From NCBI GenBank assembly GCA_964391965.1, contig CAYMOC010000003.1, forward strand, positions 1 to 46,085: DNA of 46,085 bases. The letters run 5' to 3'. The translations under genes were made by a program, and so were the position numbers. Position 1 is the stretch's first letter; every line of letters starts with the position of its first letter. The stretch comes from an uncultured Thermoplasmatales archaeon. Its GTDB lineage: Archaea > Thermoplasmatota > E2 > DHVEG-1. Below, one piece after another: positions 36,367-45,856 of the stretch. The notes beneath the pieces are model-generated. The model ran no database searches. It was not told where the DNA came from and saw only the letters and a list, made by a program, of their open reading frames with translations.

Positions 36367-36467
36367 AAAAAGTTATTCTCCTCCAAATCGATATATAAAA
36401 TCAATCTTTGATTTAAATTTTTTTGAATTAACAGTCAGAACGTTAATATCATAGTTTTTGGATTACA

Positions 36468-37016
36468 TTGAAACAATCTGGGGGTATTTCATTGGTAGAT
36501 AGAAAAAAGATTGAATCTGTTTTTGCTGAAGAATTAAGTTGGATTAAAAATGATGAACTAAAAGGTAAAGTAGTCCAGGCTTGGAAAAAAGCATCAGATA
36601 TCCGTGGTTGGAATTCTCTTGATGATGTTCCTTTTACTTTGCTTTTTGAAAACTCAGGTAAACTTACGGATCATACAAAACGGATAACTCATCTTGCTAA
36701 AGCAGTTTTTGATGAACGTGATGAAGACCTGAATCTTGATTTTTTGATAGCTGGAGCATTGCTTCATGATGTTGGAAAACTTTTAGAGTATGATATAGTA
36801 GATGGAAAAGTAGTAAAAGGCGAGTATGGTAAAAAATTCCGCCATCCTGTATCAGGAGCTCTGCTAGCCCGTGAAATTGGTCTCCCTGATGAAATAGTTC
36901 TTATTATTTATGCTCATAGTCATGAAGGAGATAAACTGGAAAGATCGCCTGAAAGTGTAATAGTTCACCATTGTGATTTTATTGATTTTCATATCAAAAA
37001 AGGGATGGTGCAATAA
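36468..37016 (+). CDS. HD-domain metal-dependent phosphohydrolase-like protein
   Basis: H...HD signature (GALLHDVGKLLEY) plus downstream IYAHSHEG and HHCDFID. Only a TTG start is available. The stop lies 5 nt before citF. Confidence 0.6.
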   Translation: MKQSGGISLVDRKKIESVFAEELSWIKNDELKGKVVQAWKKASDIRGWNSLDDVPFTLLFENSGKLTDHTKRITHLAKAVFDERDEDLNLDFLIAGALLHDVGKLLEYDIVDGKVVKGEYGKKFRHPVSGALLAREIGLPDEIVLIIYAHSHEGDKLERSPESVIVHHCDFIDFHIKKGMVQ

Positions 37017-37021
37017 AAAAA

Positions 37022-38512
37022 ATGGGTTTTGTAAAAAACGATGCAGACCGTAATGTCCCCAGTGATTTAAAAGGTGAAAAAATAAAACCGTTTTCTGGTG
37101 CTCATAAAAACCGTTGTGACTCAAAAATAGTAAATCTGAAGGATGCTTTGAAAAAAAGTGGTCTAAAAGATGGAATGACAATCAGTTTTCACCATCAACT
37201 CCGTAATGGAGACTATGTCGTTAATATGGTGCTTGATGCAATACGAGAGCTTGGTGCTAAAAACCAACGTCTTGCTCAAACAGCATTATTCCCTGTACAT
37301 GAACCAGTAATAGAACATATTAAAGAAGGAACAGTAACACGTATTGAAGGAAGTATAAATGGCACAGTTGGAGATTATGTATCAAAAAACCCGTTGCCAT
37401 ATCCGGTAATTTTACGATCTCATGGTGGACGATGGGCAGCTGTTAGAAATGGTGAACTAAAAATTGATATCGCGGTGGTTGCAGCATCAACAGCTGACAA
37501 ACGCGGTAACTGCACTGGCCTTATTGGAAAAAGTGCTTTCGGACCAATATGTTATTCCCAGGCAGATGTAGAAAAAGCAGACAAAGTAATAGTAGTTACA
37601 GATAATCTTGTGGAAAGACCCTGTCCCCAACAAGAGATAACAGAAAGACATGTAGATTACGTGGTAGAAGTTGACTGTATTGGCGATCCTGAAAATATTG
37701 TTAGTGGTTCACTTAAACTTACAAAAAACCCTATGAAGCTTGAAATTGGAAAAGAATGCATCAAACTTATGGATGCTGCCGGTCTTATCAAAAACGGTAT
37801 GATCTTTCAAGCAGGAGCTGGTGGTATATCCCTTGCTGCTTTAAAATATCTTGAAGAAAAATTAGAAGAAAAAAATGTTTATGCAACCTGTGAAACAGGT
37901 GGAGTCACAGATCATATTGTAAACATGTACAAAAAAGGGCTTGTTAAAAATGTTTATGGACTTCAATGTTTTGATGTTGAATCAATAAAATTTTTAGCGG
38001 AAAACCGGAAACTAATAACAGACATCGGCCATTATGCAGATCCAACAAATAAAGGTCGTTTTCTAGATGGATTAGATACAACTATCGTTGGAGCAACAGA
38101 GGTAGATGTAGATTTCAATATTAATGTAAATACTCATAGTGACGGCCGATTACTTCATGGAATAGGCGGACATCAGGACACCTGTTCAGCAGCAAGTCTT
38201 ACTATTGCCACTGTTCCAGTTTTTAGAAAAAAAATACCAGTGATTAGAGATAGTGTTACCACTCTGACAACACCTGGTGATGTAGTAGATGCAATTGTTA
38301 CAAATGAAGGAATAGCAATAAATCCACGTAGAAAGGATTTAATAAAAAAAGTAAAAGACAAAATCAATCTTATAAAAATTGAAGAATTACGTGATACGGC
38401 TTATGATGAAACTGGTGGCCCACCAGAACTTGATCTGGGTGATGAAATCATTGGTGTTACTAAATGGCGTGATGGTACACTTTTAGATGTAATATATAGA
38501 GTGAAGGAGTGA
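37022..38512 (+). CDS. citF: Citrate lyase alpha-subunit homolog (citrate CoA-transferase, CitF)
   Basis: Aligns over its full length with what I recall of E. coli CitF: SGLKDGMTISFHHQLRNGDYVVNMV, LRSHGGRWAAVRNGELKIDIAV, FQAGAGGISLAA, and the C-terminus WRDGTLLDVIYRVKE. Confidence 0.8.
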   Translation: MGFVKNDADRNVPSDLKGEKIKPFSGAHKNRCDSKIVNLKDALKKSGLKDGMTISFHHQLRNGDYVVNMVLDAIRELGAKNQRLAQTALFPVHEPVIEHIKEGTVTRIEGSINGTVGDYVSKNPLPYPVILRSHGGRWAAVRNGELKIDIAVVAASTADKRGNCTGLIGKSAFGPICYSQADVEKADKVIVVTDNLVERPCPQQEITERHVDYVVEVDCIGDPENIVSGSLKLTKNPMKLEIGKECIKLMDAAGLIKNGMIFQAGAGGISLAALKYLEEKLEEKNVYATCETGGVTDHIVNMYKKGLVKNVYGLQCFDVESIKFLAENRKLITDIGHYADPTNKGRFLDGLDTTIVGATEVDVDFNINVNTHSDGRLLHGIGGHQDTCSAASLTIATVPVFRKKIPVIRDSVTTLTTPGDVVDAIVTNEGIAINPRRKDLIKKVKDKINLIKIEELRDTAYDETGGPPELDLGDEIIGVTKWRDGTLLDVIYRVKE

Positions 38513-38520
38513 AAAAAATT

Positions 38521-39303
38521 ATGGAATGGGATAGTAAAATAACAAAAGTTGAGCCAAATCATCTTGTAACTCGGGGTTACCGTCAGGAAGATTTAATTGG
38601 AAATATTCCTTTTTCACATGTTGTCTATTTGCTTTTGAAAGGAGAGCTTCCATGTGAAGAACATGGTAAAATGATGGATGCAATACTTACTGCTTGTATA
38701 GATCATGGTGTCACACCACCTAGTGCTATGGCATCCCGTGTAGTTGCTAGTGGAGGAGTGCCTTTACCTACCGCTGTTGCCGCAGGAGTTTTAAGTATTG
38801 GTGATGCACATGGAGGAGCAATTGAAAAGGGTGCAAAATTTTTCCAGCAGGGAATAAAACGTATGAAAAAAGAAAAACTTTCTATTGAAGAAACTGCTGA
38901 GATTTTAGTAAAAGAATCACGTGAGAAACATAAACGTATTCTTGGCTTTGGACATCGAGTACACAAAGAAGACCCGCGAACTAAACGTTTATTTGAATTA
39001 TCAGAAGAACTTGATATATCAGATGATCATGTAGCTCTATCTAAGTCTATTGAAAAAGAACTAGAAAAAAACCTGGGTCGTAAACTTCCAATAAATGTTG
39101 ATGGAGCAATTGCTGCTATTAGTAGCGATATGGGTTTTGACTGGCGTCTTGGAAAAGGATTTTTCTTACTAGGGCGTGTAGCAGGTCTTACGGCTCAAGT
39201 ATATGAAGAACAAACAGATTTTAAACCTATGAGAAAGATGTTTAAAGTTGAAGCAGGGTACGATGGCCCTGAAGAACGAGAGATTCCAAGAAAGGAAAAA
39301 TAA
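38521..39303 (+). CDS. Citrate-synthase-fold small protein, citryl-CoA lyase-like
   Basis: About 260 aa. ILTACIDHGVTPPS and GFGHRVHKEDPRTKRL (the citrate synthase G.GH.v...DPR signature). ATG at 38521 with AGGAG 12 nt upstream. An alternative GTG at 38509 overlaps the citF stop. Confidence 0.7.
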   Translation: MEWDSKITKVEPNHLVTRGYRQEDLIGNIPFSHVVYLLLKGELPCEEHGKMMDAILTACIDHGVTPPSAMASRVVASGGVPLPTAVAAGVLSIGDAHGGAIEKGAKFFQQGIKRMKKEKLSIEETAEILVKESREKHKRILGFGHRVHKEDPRTKRLFELSEELDISDDHVALSKSIEKELEKNLGRKLPINVDGAIAAISSDMGFDWRLGKGFFLLGRVAGLTAQVYEEQTDFKPMRKMFKVEAGYDGPEEREIPRKEK

Positions 39304-39322
39304 AAAAATTTGGTGAATTTTT

Positions 39323-41125
39323 ATGGGTAAAACAATTATTCAAAAAATTTTTGAAAAACACTCCACTCAAGAAGCAAAAATTGGAGATATAATAGATATC
39401 GAAATTGATGTTCGAGTTGCTCGTGATTTCGGTGGAGCAAATGTTGTAAAAAATCTTGAAGAAAACAATCTTTCAGTTGATGATCCTGAAAAAACTTTTT
39501 TTACTTTTGACTGTAATCCTGGAGGCTGTGATCAGAAATATGCTGCAAACCAGCATATATGCCGGCGTTTCGCTAGAAAAAACAACATCAAAGTATATGA
39601 TATAAACCAGGGAATAGGAACACATTTGGTTATTGATGAAGGAATCGCAAAGCCTGGTGGAACAATAATAAGTACTGATTCTCATGCAAATATTTTGGGT
39701 GCTATTGGTGCTTTTGGACAGGGGATGGGTGATAAAGATATAGCTCATGCTTGGGGTCATGGAAAAATATGGTTTAAGGTTCCACCTACTTTAAAAATTG
39801 TTTTAAAAGGAAAACCAGGCGAAAAAACTTCAGCTAAAGATGTTGTTCTTAAAATGCTTGAGAAACTTGGGGCAAATGGCCTGCTTGGTTATGCTTGTGA
39901 AATATATGGTGAATATATTGATGATTTAACTCTTGATGGAAGAATTACTATTGCTTCAATGGCTACTGAGATGGGAGGGGTTATAATTTTTTTCCCACCA
40001 AACAAAAATGTTTTAGATTTTTATAAAAAAATGAATGTCACAGTTGAACCTGTATATGCAGATGATGATGCAGGTTATGAAAAAACAATAGAAATTGATA
40101 TATCAGATTTGAAACCAATGATTTCCCGCCCAGGTCATCCAGAAGATGTAGTAAAAGTAAATGAGTTAAAAAATGTCAAAGTTGATTCTGGTTTTATAGG
40201 GAGTTGTACTAACGGTCGTATCTCTGATATGCGTCAGGCAGCTGAAATTTTAAAAAATAAAAAAATAGCACCAGATCGTGTTTTAAAAATAGTTCCGAGT
40301 ACAGATAAACTATGGAAACAATGTCTTGAAGAAGGACTTATTAAAATTTTTAAAGAGGCTGGCGCGCTGGTTGGAAGCGCGGGTTGCGCTGGATGTGCCG
40401 CGGGTCAAATCGGTCAAACAGGTGAATTTGAAGTAGAATTATCAACGGGTAACCGTAATTATACAGGTAAACAAGGGAAAGGAGATGTATATTTGACGTC
40501 TCCTGCGACAGTTGCCGCAAGTCTTGTTTCAGGATACATAAATACTGAGGATAGAATACCAGGTAAAGCTGAAAAAGCAAAAGTACAATCTGAAAAAATT
40601 TTTGAATCAAAACGAGAAACAAAAAAATATGATTCACCGATGAAAGTTGAAGGAAGAGCATGGTTGATAAAAAAGGACAATATTGATACAGATATGATAT
40701 ATCATAACAGATATCTTAGTATAACAGATATTGAAGAAATGGGTCAGTACACTTTTGACAACCTAAAAGGGTATGAAGATTTTGCAGAAAAGGCTGAACC
40801 TGGTGATATAGTAGTTGCTGGTAAAAACTTTGGATGCGGAAGCAGTCGTCAGCAGGCCGTTGATTGTTTCAAAAGCCTTGGTATAAGTGTGATTATAGCT
40901 GAATCTTTTGGTTCAATCTATGAAAGAAATGCTATTAATAATGCTATGCCGATAATGGTGGCGAAAGATATAACCAAAAAAATTGATGATAAGGACGTTC
41001 TTGAGGTTGATTTTAAAAAGGGTCTTATAAAAAATAAAACAAAGAATCAATCTTATCAAGCTAAATCTTTTTCAAAATCACAGATTGAGATATACAAGCA
41101 TGGTGGATTATTAAATAAAAAATAG
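39323..41125 (+). CDS. Aconitase-superfamily hydro-lyase, fused large + small (swivel) domains (IPM-isomerase/homoaconitase/Aquifex-type aconitase-like)
   Basis: LeuC/HacA-like N-terminus TIIQKIFEKHS. Fe-S cysteines in GSCTNGR and GCAGCAAG. A Lys/Glu-rich linker, then a LeuD-like domain (GRAWLIKKDNIDTDMI, GKNFGCGSSRQQA). Confidence 0.75.
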   Translation: MGKTIIQKIFEKHSTQEAKIGDIIDIEIDVRVARDFGGANVVKNLEENNLSVDDPEKTFFTFDCNPGGCDQKYAANQHICRRFARKNNIKVYDINQGIGTHLVIDEGIAKPGGTIISTDSHANILGAIGAFGQGMGDKDIAHAWGHGKIWFKVPPTLKIVLKGKPGEKTSAKDVVLKMLEKLGANGLLGYACEIYGEYIDDLTLDGRITIASMATEMGGVIIFFPPNKNVLDFYKKMNVTVEPVYADDDAGYEKTIEIDISDLKPMISRPGHPEDVVKVNELKNVKVDSGFIGSCTNGRISDMRQAAEILKNKKIAPDRVLKIVPSTDKLWKQCLEEGLIKIFKEAGALVGSAGCAGCAAGQIGQTGEFEVELSTGNRNYTGKQGKGDVYLTSPATVAASLVSGYINTEDRIPGKAEKAKVQSEKIFESKRETKKYDSPMKVEGRAWLIKKDNIDTDMIYHNRYLSITDIEEMGQYTFDNLKGYEDFAEKAEPGDIVVAGKNFGCGSSRQQAVDCFKSLGISVIIAESFGSIYERNAINNAMPIMVAKDITKKIDDKDVLEVDFKKGLIKNKTKNQSYQAKSFSKSQIEIYKHGGLLNKK

Positions 41126-41269
41126 AATTTTTTAAAATTGTATTTTTTTATAACTTTTTGTTATTTTTTATCAGTAATGTTAGTTTATCTGTTAGATTAG
41201 TTACATTAACTTTTTATATATTTAATTATTTATAAAATTTATTAGCTTTTTTAGCTAATGGCGATATAG

Positions 41270-41635
41270 ATGAAAAAGAAATCAATAATTTTGAGTATAT
41301 TAGCTATATTTTTAATGATTTCAATATCATTAATTCCTAATATTACTGCAAAAAATAAGACAACTTCTGAATATCAAGAAAAAATAGAAAGTTATGAATT
41401 AGTAACATCAGAGGTAAAACAAAAATGTAATCTTTATTCCTATAAATTTTCTGAAACATACGAGAATATAGGATCCAGAAAAAACACAATAAAAGCTGAA
41501 CCAACAATAGCACCCTTGAGATGTCCGCTATTATTTTTAGCATATTTAGGATTCCTTCTTTTTGGATCTGCCGAAGGTGCATTATTAATTGCATTTTATG
41601 CTAAAAGCATAGGTTGTCTATGGGCAATAACTTAA
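41270..41635 (+). CDS. Small secreted or membrane protein, unknown function
   Basis: The signal peptide MKKKSIILSILAIFLMISISLIPNITA is closely similar to ORF 20228. It has a hydrophobic C-terminal segment (LLFLAYLGFLLFGSAEGALLIAFY). Confidence 0.55.
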   Translation: MKKKSIILSILAIFLMISISLIPNITAKNKTTSEYQEKIESYELVTSEVKQKCNLYSYKFSETYENIGSRKNTIKAEPTIAPLRCPLLFLAYLGFLLFGSAEGALLIAFYAKSIGCLWAIT

Positions 41636-41644
41636 ATAAAAAAA

Positions 41645-42916
41645 TTATTTAAATTTTTTAAAAAGGTTAAGTTTTGTAATACTTCCAGTTATTAATTTAT
41701 CTGTTTTAAAAACCCATACCACGATTGATATCATAATTATTGCAAAAACTGCAACATAGATTATACCTGCTAAAACAAAAAGATAATCATCAAATATCAA
41801 AGCTCGTGGTGCCATCATTGGATGGCTAAAAGGTATAGCAAAAATAATTGCTTGAAGCGCAGGTGGAAGCGTGTCGAAATCTGAAAACATGATAATAAGC
41901 ATAGGTATAATTGTTAGAATTGTTACAGGAAATGTTAGACTTTGAGCAGTTTTATAGTTTTTAGCAAGACTACCCAGGAGCATACATAAAGATAAAGCTG
42001 CTATTAAGGTTACAAAAACTGTTATACCTATAATTACAAAATCAGATGTTGTTGAAATAAGGTTATACTTGGATAAATCAATGTTTGATCCAAACTGAAA
42101 AGACTGGTTATAATAACTTAAACCCACCATATAGATTAGCGCTAGAATTAAACCAATAACTGCACTAGCAATAATTTTTCCAGCAACAATACTTGTCCGG
42201 TTTACTGGTAGAGTTAGTAGTGTTTCAAGTGTTTTATTTTCTTTTTCAAGTGCCATACTGCTTATTACTATTCCACCGCTCATGATGATTATAAGCATTA
42301 GAATAATTGGAATAGTTGTAGATTGAGAAGATAATACCCCTCCGATTTCGCTAGGTGTAAGGCTTTCATATTCGTTGTTTTTAAAAAAGGTGGTGCTATT
42401 TGTATATGTTGGGGTTAAAACACTTGATGCATTGGTGATATTTTTTTGTTGAATAAGAGTCGATGAAATATTCTGGTTGATATTCTGCATCAATAGATTT
42501 ACTGCTTCTGAAGATACTGTATCCATTAAACCTGCGCCTTTCATAATCCAGTAAACCTGGATTTCGCCGGGTATGCCATTGTTTATATTTTCTGAAAAAC
42601 CATCAGGGATTACAAGTAATGCTAAACCATCCTTTGTTTTTATAGTATCAATTGCCTGATTTTTATCAGATAAAATAGTGGAATTATATACTATCTCTGC
42701 TTCGGATTGTAAAACATTTTCAACATTATAGGTCAGATTTCCTTGATCAAGGTTGATGTAACCAATTATTGGTTTATCATCCATTTCTTCTTCTATGCCA
42801 CCAATAGTTCCACCCATTGAACCAAAAATTATAGCCATTATGATTATCGGTAGAAACGTTGCGGGTGTAATAAGTTCCTTTAACTCTTTTTTTATAATGT
42901 TTCCCAAGTGTTTCAT
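41645..42916 (-). CDS. ABC-2 type transporter permease (NatB-like, with large extracytoplasmic loop)
   Basis: An N-terminal TM segment, a ~170-aa loop, then five or six C-terminal TM segments. It overlaps the upstream ATPase gene by 4 nt. Confidence 0.7.
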   Translation of the reverse strand: MKHLGNIIKKELKELITPATFLPIIIMAIIFGSMGGTIGGIEEEMDDKPIIGYINLDQGNLTYNVENVLQSEAEIVYNSTILSDKNQAIDTIKTKDGLALLVIPDGFSENINNGIPGEIQVYWIMKGAGLMDTVSSEAVNLLMQNINQNISSTLIQQKNITNASSVLTPTYTNSTTFFKNNEYESLTPSEIGGVLSSQSTTIPIILMLIIIMSGGIVISSMALEKENKTLETLLTLPVNRTSIVAGKIIASAVIGLILALIYMVGLSYYNQSFQFGSNIDLSKYNLISTTSDFVIIGITVFVTLIAALSLCMLLGSLAKNYKTAQSLTFPVTILTIIPMLIIMFSDFDTLPPALQAIIFAIPFSHPMMAPRALIFDDYLFVLAGIIYVAVFAIIMISIVVWVFKTDKLITGSITKLNLFKKFK

Positions 42917-43623
42917 TGTACCACCTTTGTAAATACTTCCTCAATGTTGTTTACATTGTATTTTCCCATTAGTTGTTTTGGTTTACCTGTTTCAACAATT
43001 TTTCCCTCTGAAATCAAAGCTATTCGATCACACATATATTCTACTTCTAGCATATTATGAGAAGAAAGTAAAACAGATGTTCCATCCTCTGTAGTATTTT
43101 TTATTATTTTTCTGATTTCTTGAGCGTTTTGAACATCAAGACCGCTAGTTGGTTCATCAAGTATTGCAAGACGAGGATTAGTCATCAAAGCTCGTCCAGC
43201 AAGAAGACGACGTTTCATACCTTTACTATATGTTTCAACTTTGTCGTTTATTCTATTGCCTAAATCAGCGATTTTTATACCTTCCGACACCATTTCTTTT
43301 TTATGATCAAAAAAATTTGCTATAAAATCAAGATATTCTCTACCAGTTAGATTTTTATAAGCACCAGCATCTTCAGGAAGATAACTAATAATTTTACGTA
43401 TTTCTTCAGGGTTTTTCTTTAAATCATAGTTAAGTATTTTTACAGATCCAGAAGTTATAGTTAAAAGAGTTGATAGGATTCGAAGAATAGTTGTTTTACC
43501 TGCACCATTTGGTCCAATCAGTCCAAAAATTTCTGATTTTTCAACATTAAAACTAACGCCTTGTACTGCTTTTACATCACCATAATGTTTTACAAGGTTT
43601 TGAACTTCAACAGTCTTTGACAT
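42913..43623 (-). CDS. ABC transporter ATP-binding protein (ABC-2/NatA-like)
   Basis: Walker A GPNGAGKTT, signature-like YSKGMKRRL, Walker B LAILDEPTSGLD, H-loop SSHNM. Confidence 0.88.
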   Translation of the reverse strand: MSKTVEVQNLVKHYGDVKAVQGVSFNVEKSEIFGLIGPNGAGKTTILRILSTLLTITSGSVKILNYDLKKNPEEIRKIISYLPEDAGAYKNLTGREYLDFIANFFDHKKEMVSEGIKIADLGNRINDKVETYSKGMKRRLLAGRALMTNPRLAILDEPTSGLDVQNAQEIRKIIKNTTEDGTSVLLSSHNMLEVEYMCDRIALISEGKIVETGKPKQLMGKYNVNNIEEVFTKVVQ

Positions 43624-43947
43624 AATATATGTTGTCTCTCCCTGAATCAGAATTTTAACAGAAGTTGTAATAAAATAAGAGGTTAATAAAATATTTTAGT
43701 GAGTTTCAACAGGATTTCTAAAAGATATTATTTTCTTATTTTTTCCATATTTTCTTTTATACATCTTCATTATTTTGTATCTATTACAATCTCTGCTTTG
43801 TTTGAATGAGATTTAGAAAAAAATGAGATTCTTTTTTATTTTGAAATAGCATCTATATCAAAAAAATAATATTTTCGGCACAAGCCGATTATTAAAACGT
43901 CAATTTTATATACTTTGAAATCAACTTTAAGTTCTGAGGGAAAAATT

Positions 43948-44088
43948 ATGATTGACATGCAATGTAAAAAATGCCACGCACGTTTTACAAGAAGATTAAA
44001 ATCCTGCCCTATGTGTGGAGGAGATTTAGAGTTAAAACTTGATCACATCTACACCAGACGAGCAAAAATAAATGCAACTGTTTCATAA
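43948..44088 (+). CDS. Unannotated 46-aa zinc-ribbon mini-protein
   Basis: The ORF is below the track's length cutoff: MIDMQCKKCHARFTRRLKSCPMCGGDLELKLDHIYTRRAKINATVS, with CxxC...CxxC. GAGGG lies 8 nt upstream of the ATG and TTTTATATA is roughly 40 nt upstream. Confidence 0.45.
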   Translation: MIDMQCKKCHARFTRRLKSCPMCGGDLELKLDHIYTRRAKINATVS

Positions 44089-44231
44089 AATTTTTTAATT
44101 TTTATCATTTATCACAATAATTCTCTTGTTTTATATTTATATTACTTTCTTTACACAGATATAGGAAAAATTTTGGAAAGAAAGAGTAGTTAAAATTTAG
44201 AAGCATCATCTAAATATTAGTTTAAAAAAAA

Positions 44232-45014
44232 TTAGAAAATTATTACAGATTTTCCCGATATAAAACCTATTTTTTCCTTAGTGTAATATTCATCTCCAGA
44301 TTGAACACAGGCTTTTATTTTAACAAAACCTAAACCAGATGCATAGTTCCCAGAACTGACTTTAATGTTTGATTCAGAAGGTAAATCTTCAACATAACCA
44401 TTTGTAAAACTATTAAGAGGACCTAACCAAAAACTTTTCATTTCAATAAACCACTCAAGATCTGATAAGTCTTTTGATGCTAAATTTTTGATATTCATCT
44501 GTATTTGTCTGTTATTAAATGTATCGAAATCAATTGATACTTCATACATTTGTTCTTTGATCGTAAAACTCCAAACAGGTCCTTCGACACTATCTCCATG
44601 ATTATCAGTTGCGACAATTCGCCAGTAATAAGTTGTTGAATACTCTAGATTGTTACCTGGATTAAATGCTATTATTTCCTCAGAAGCAGGATATGGACCT
44701 ATAGTTTCTTTAAAGCTGGGATCTGGATTTTTTCCAAAATAAATAGTATAATTGACCATATCGCCGAGATCAGGATCTCCGCAGTCCCATGCGATATTGC
44801 AGTTTATTGGAAGACCAGTTTTTTTGTCATCTGGGCCTGAATTTTGGGTTCGTGTAATTGATGGCACATATGGTGGATTATTTATACCACTTTGAGTAGC
44901 CATTAGGTTATTATCATTATTTGAATTATTTTTGTAGACATTTGCAAAAGATGATGGAATAATAAAGATTCCAACTATAAAACACATAAAAAAAATTGTC
45001 AATATTTTATTCAT
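44232..45014 (-). CDS. Secreted protein with FN3/Ig-like beta-sandwich domain
   Basis: Signal peptide present. The pattern PPYVPS...IAWDCGDPDLGDMVNYTIYFGKNPDP...YSTTYYWRIVATDNHGDSVEGPVWSFTI is typical of FN3-like domains in prokaryotic surface proteins. Confidence 0.6.
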   Translation of the reverse strand: MNKILTIFFMCFIVGIFIIPSSFANVYKNNSNNDNNLMATQSGINNPPYVPSITRTQNSGPDDKKTGLPINCNIAWDCGDPDLGDMVNYTIYFGKNPDPSFKETIGPYPASEEIIAFNPGNNLEYSTTYYWRIVATDNHGDSVEGPVWSFTIKEQMYEVSIDFDTFNNRQIQMNIKNLASKDLSDLEWFIEMKSFWLGPLNSFTNGYVEDLPSESNIKVSSGNYASGLGFVKIKACVQSGDEYYTKEKIGFISGKSVIIF

Positions 45015-45224
45015 TTTTCTATATCACCAAATATTTTTCACAAGTTTTTAGCAACTATTTTTATAATTAAATTAATATATAAAATTTTGGGTAAACTAAA
45101 AAATAAAAAAAATCATTATTTATTAAATCCACAATTATATTAAATATTATTATGAACACAAACAACCCCACCACATTCAGAACAACTATATTTTTCATGT
45201 TGTATAGCTTTCAAGATTAGGATG

Positions 45225-45704
45225 TTAGTCTGTAGCAACAAATTTACTGGATATTTTAGTTAAACCAAATAAAATATCAGCTGTAACTACACCTTGTATA
45301 CTAAAACCTGTTTTTTCACCATAAATAAAATTTTTAATAACATTAACCGCAGATTGTGCAAGGCCCAAATAAGTTACCAGAACCGTCATTTGTTCAGATG
45401 TATCATCATTTGATCCAATATCCATATCAGAAAAACTACCAGATCCTATCTTAACATCATCAATGTAAATATCAAAATCAGATGACAAATCATTTATTTC
45501 ACGATTTGTAGGATTTACAAATCTTACAGTAAAGCCAAGTTTTACACCATTAGAATAAATATTCACAAGATCTATATTTTCAACTCTTACCCGGACTTTA
45601 GAAACTGCTGCAGCATCAGCATAATAAGTAAAACCCATAAATGATAAAAATAGGATAAGTGAAACAACTATTGATAAAACATAGTAAATTTGTTTTCTAT
45701 TCAT
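45225..45704 (-). CDS. Membrane-anchored LEA_2 / WHy-domain (LEA14-like) protein
   Basis: N-terminal TM segment. VRVENIDLVNIYSNGVKLGFTVRFVNPTNREINDLSSDFDIYIDDVKIGSGSF matches the LEA_2 pattern (v.v.NPN...i......y.vy..g..ig.G). Confidence 0.6.
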   Translation of the reverse strand: MNRKQIYYVLSIVVSLILFLSFMGFTYYADAAAVSKVRVRVENIDLVNIYSNGVKLGFTVRFVNPTNREINDLSSDFDIYIDDVKIGSGSFSDMDIGSNDDTSEQMTVLVTYLGLAQSAVNVIKNFIYGEKTGFSIQGVVTADILFGLTKISSKFVATD

Positions 45705-45856
45705 TTTATATCGTTTAATATTGATTATAGGTTACATAATTAAAATAAGTAATGTTTAAACATTTCTGAGTAAAAATGATTTTTTTACAATTAAAAAAAT
45801 TGGAGGGTATGATTTTTTAAGGAATCATTATTTACAAGACCTGGAAACAAGTTTTT

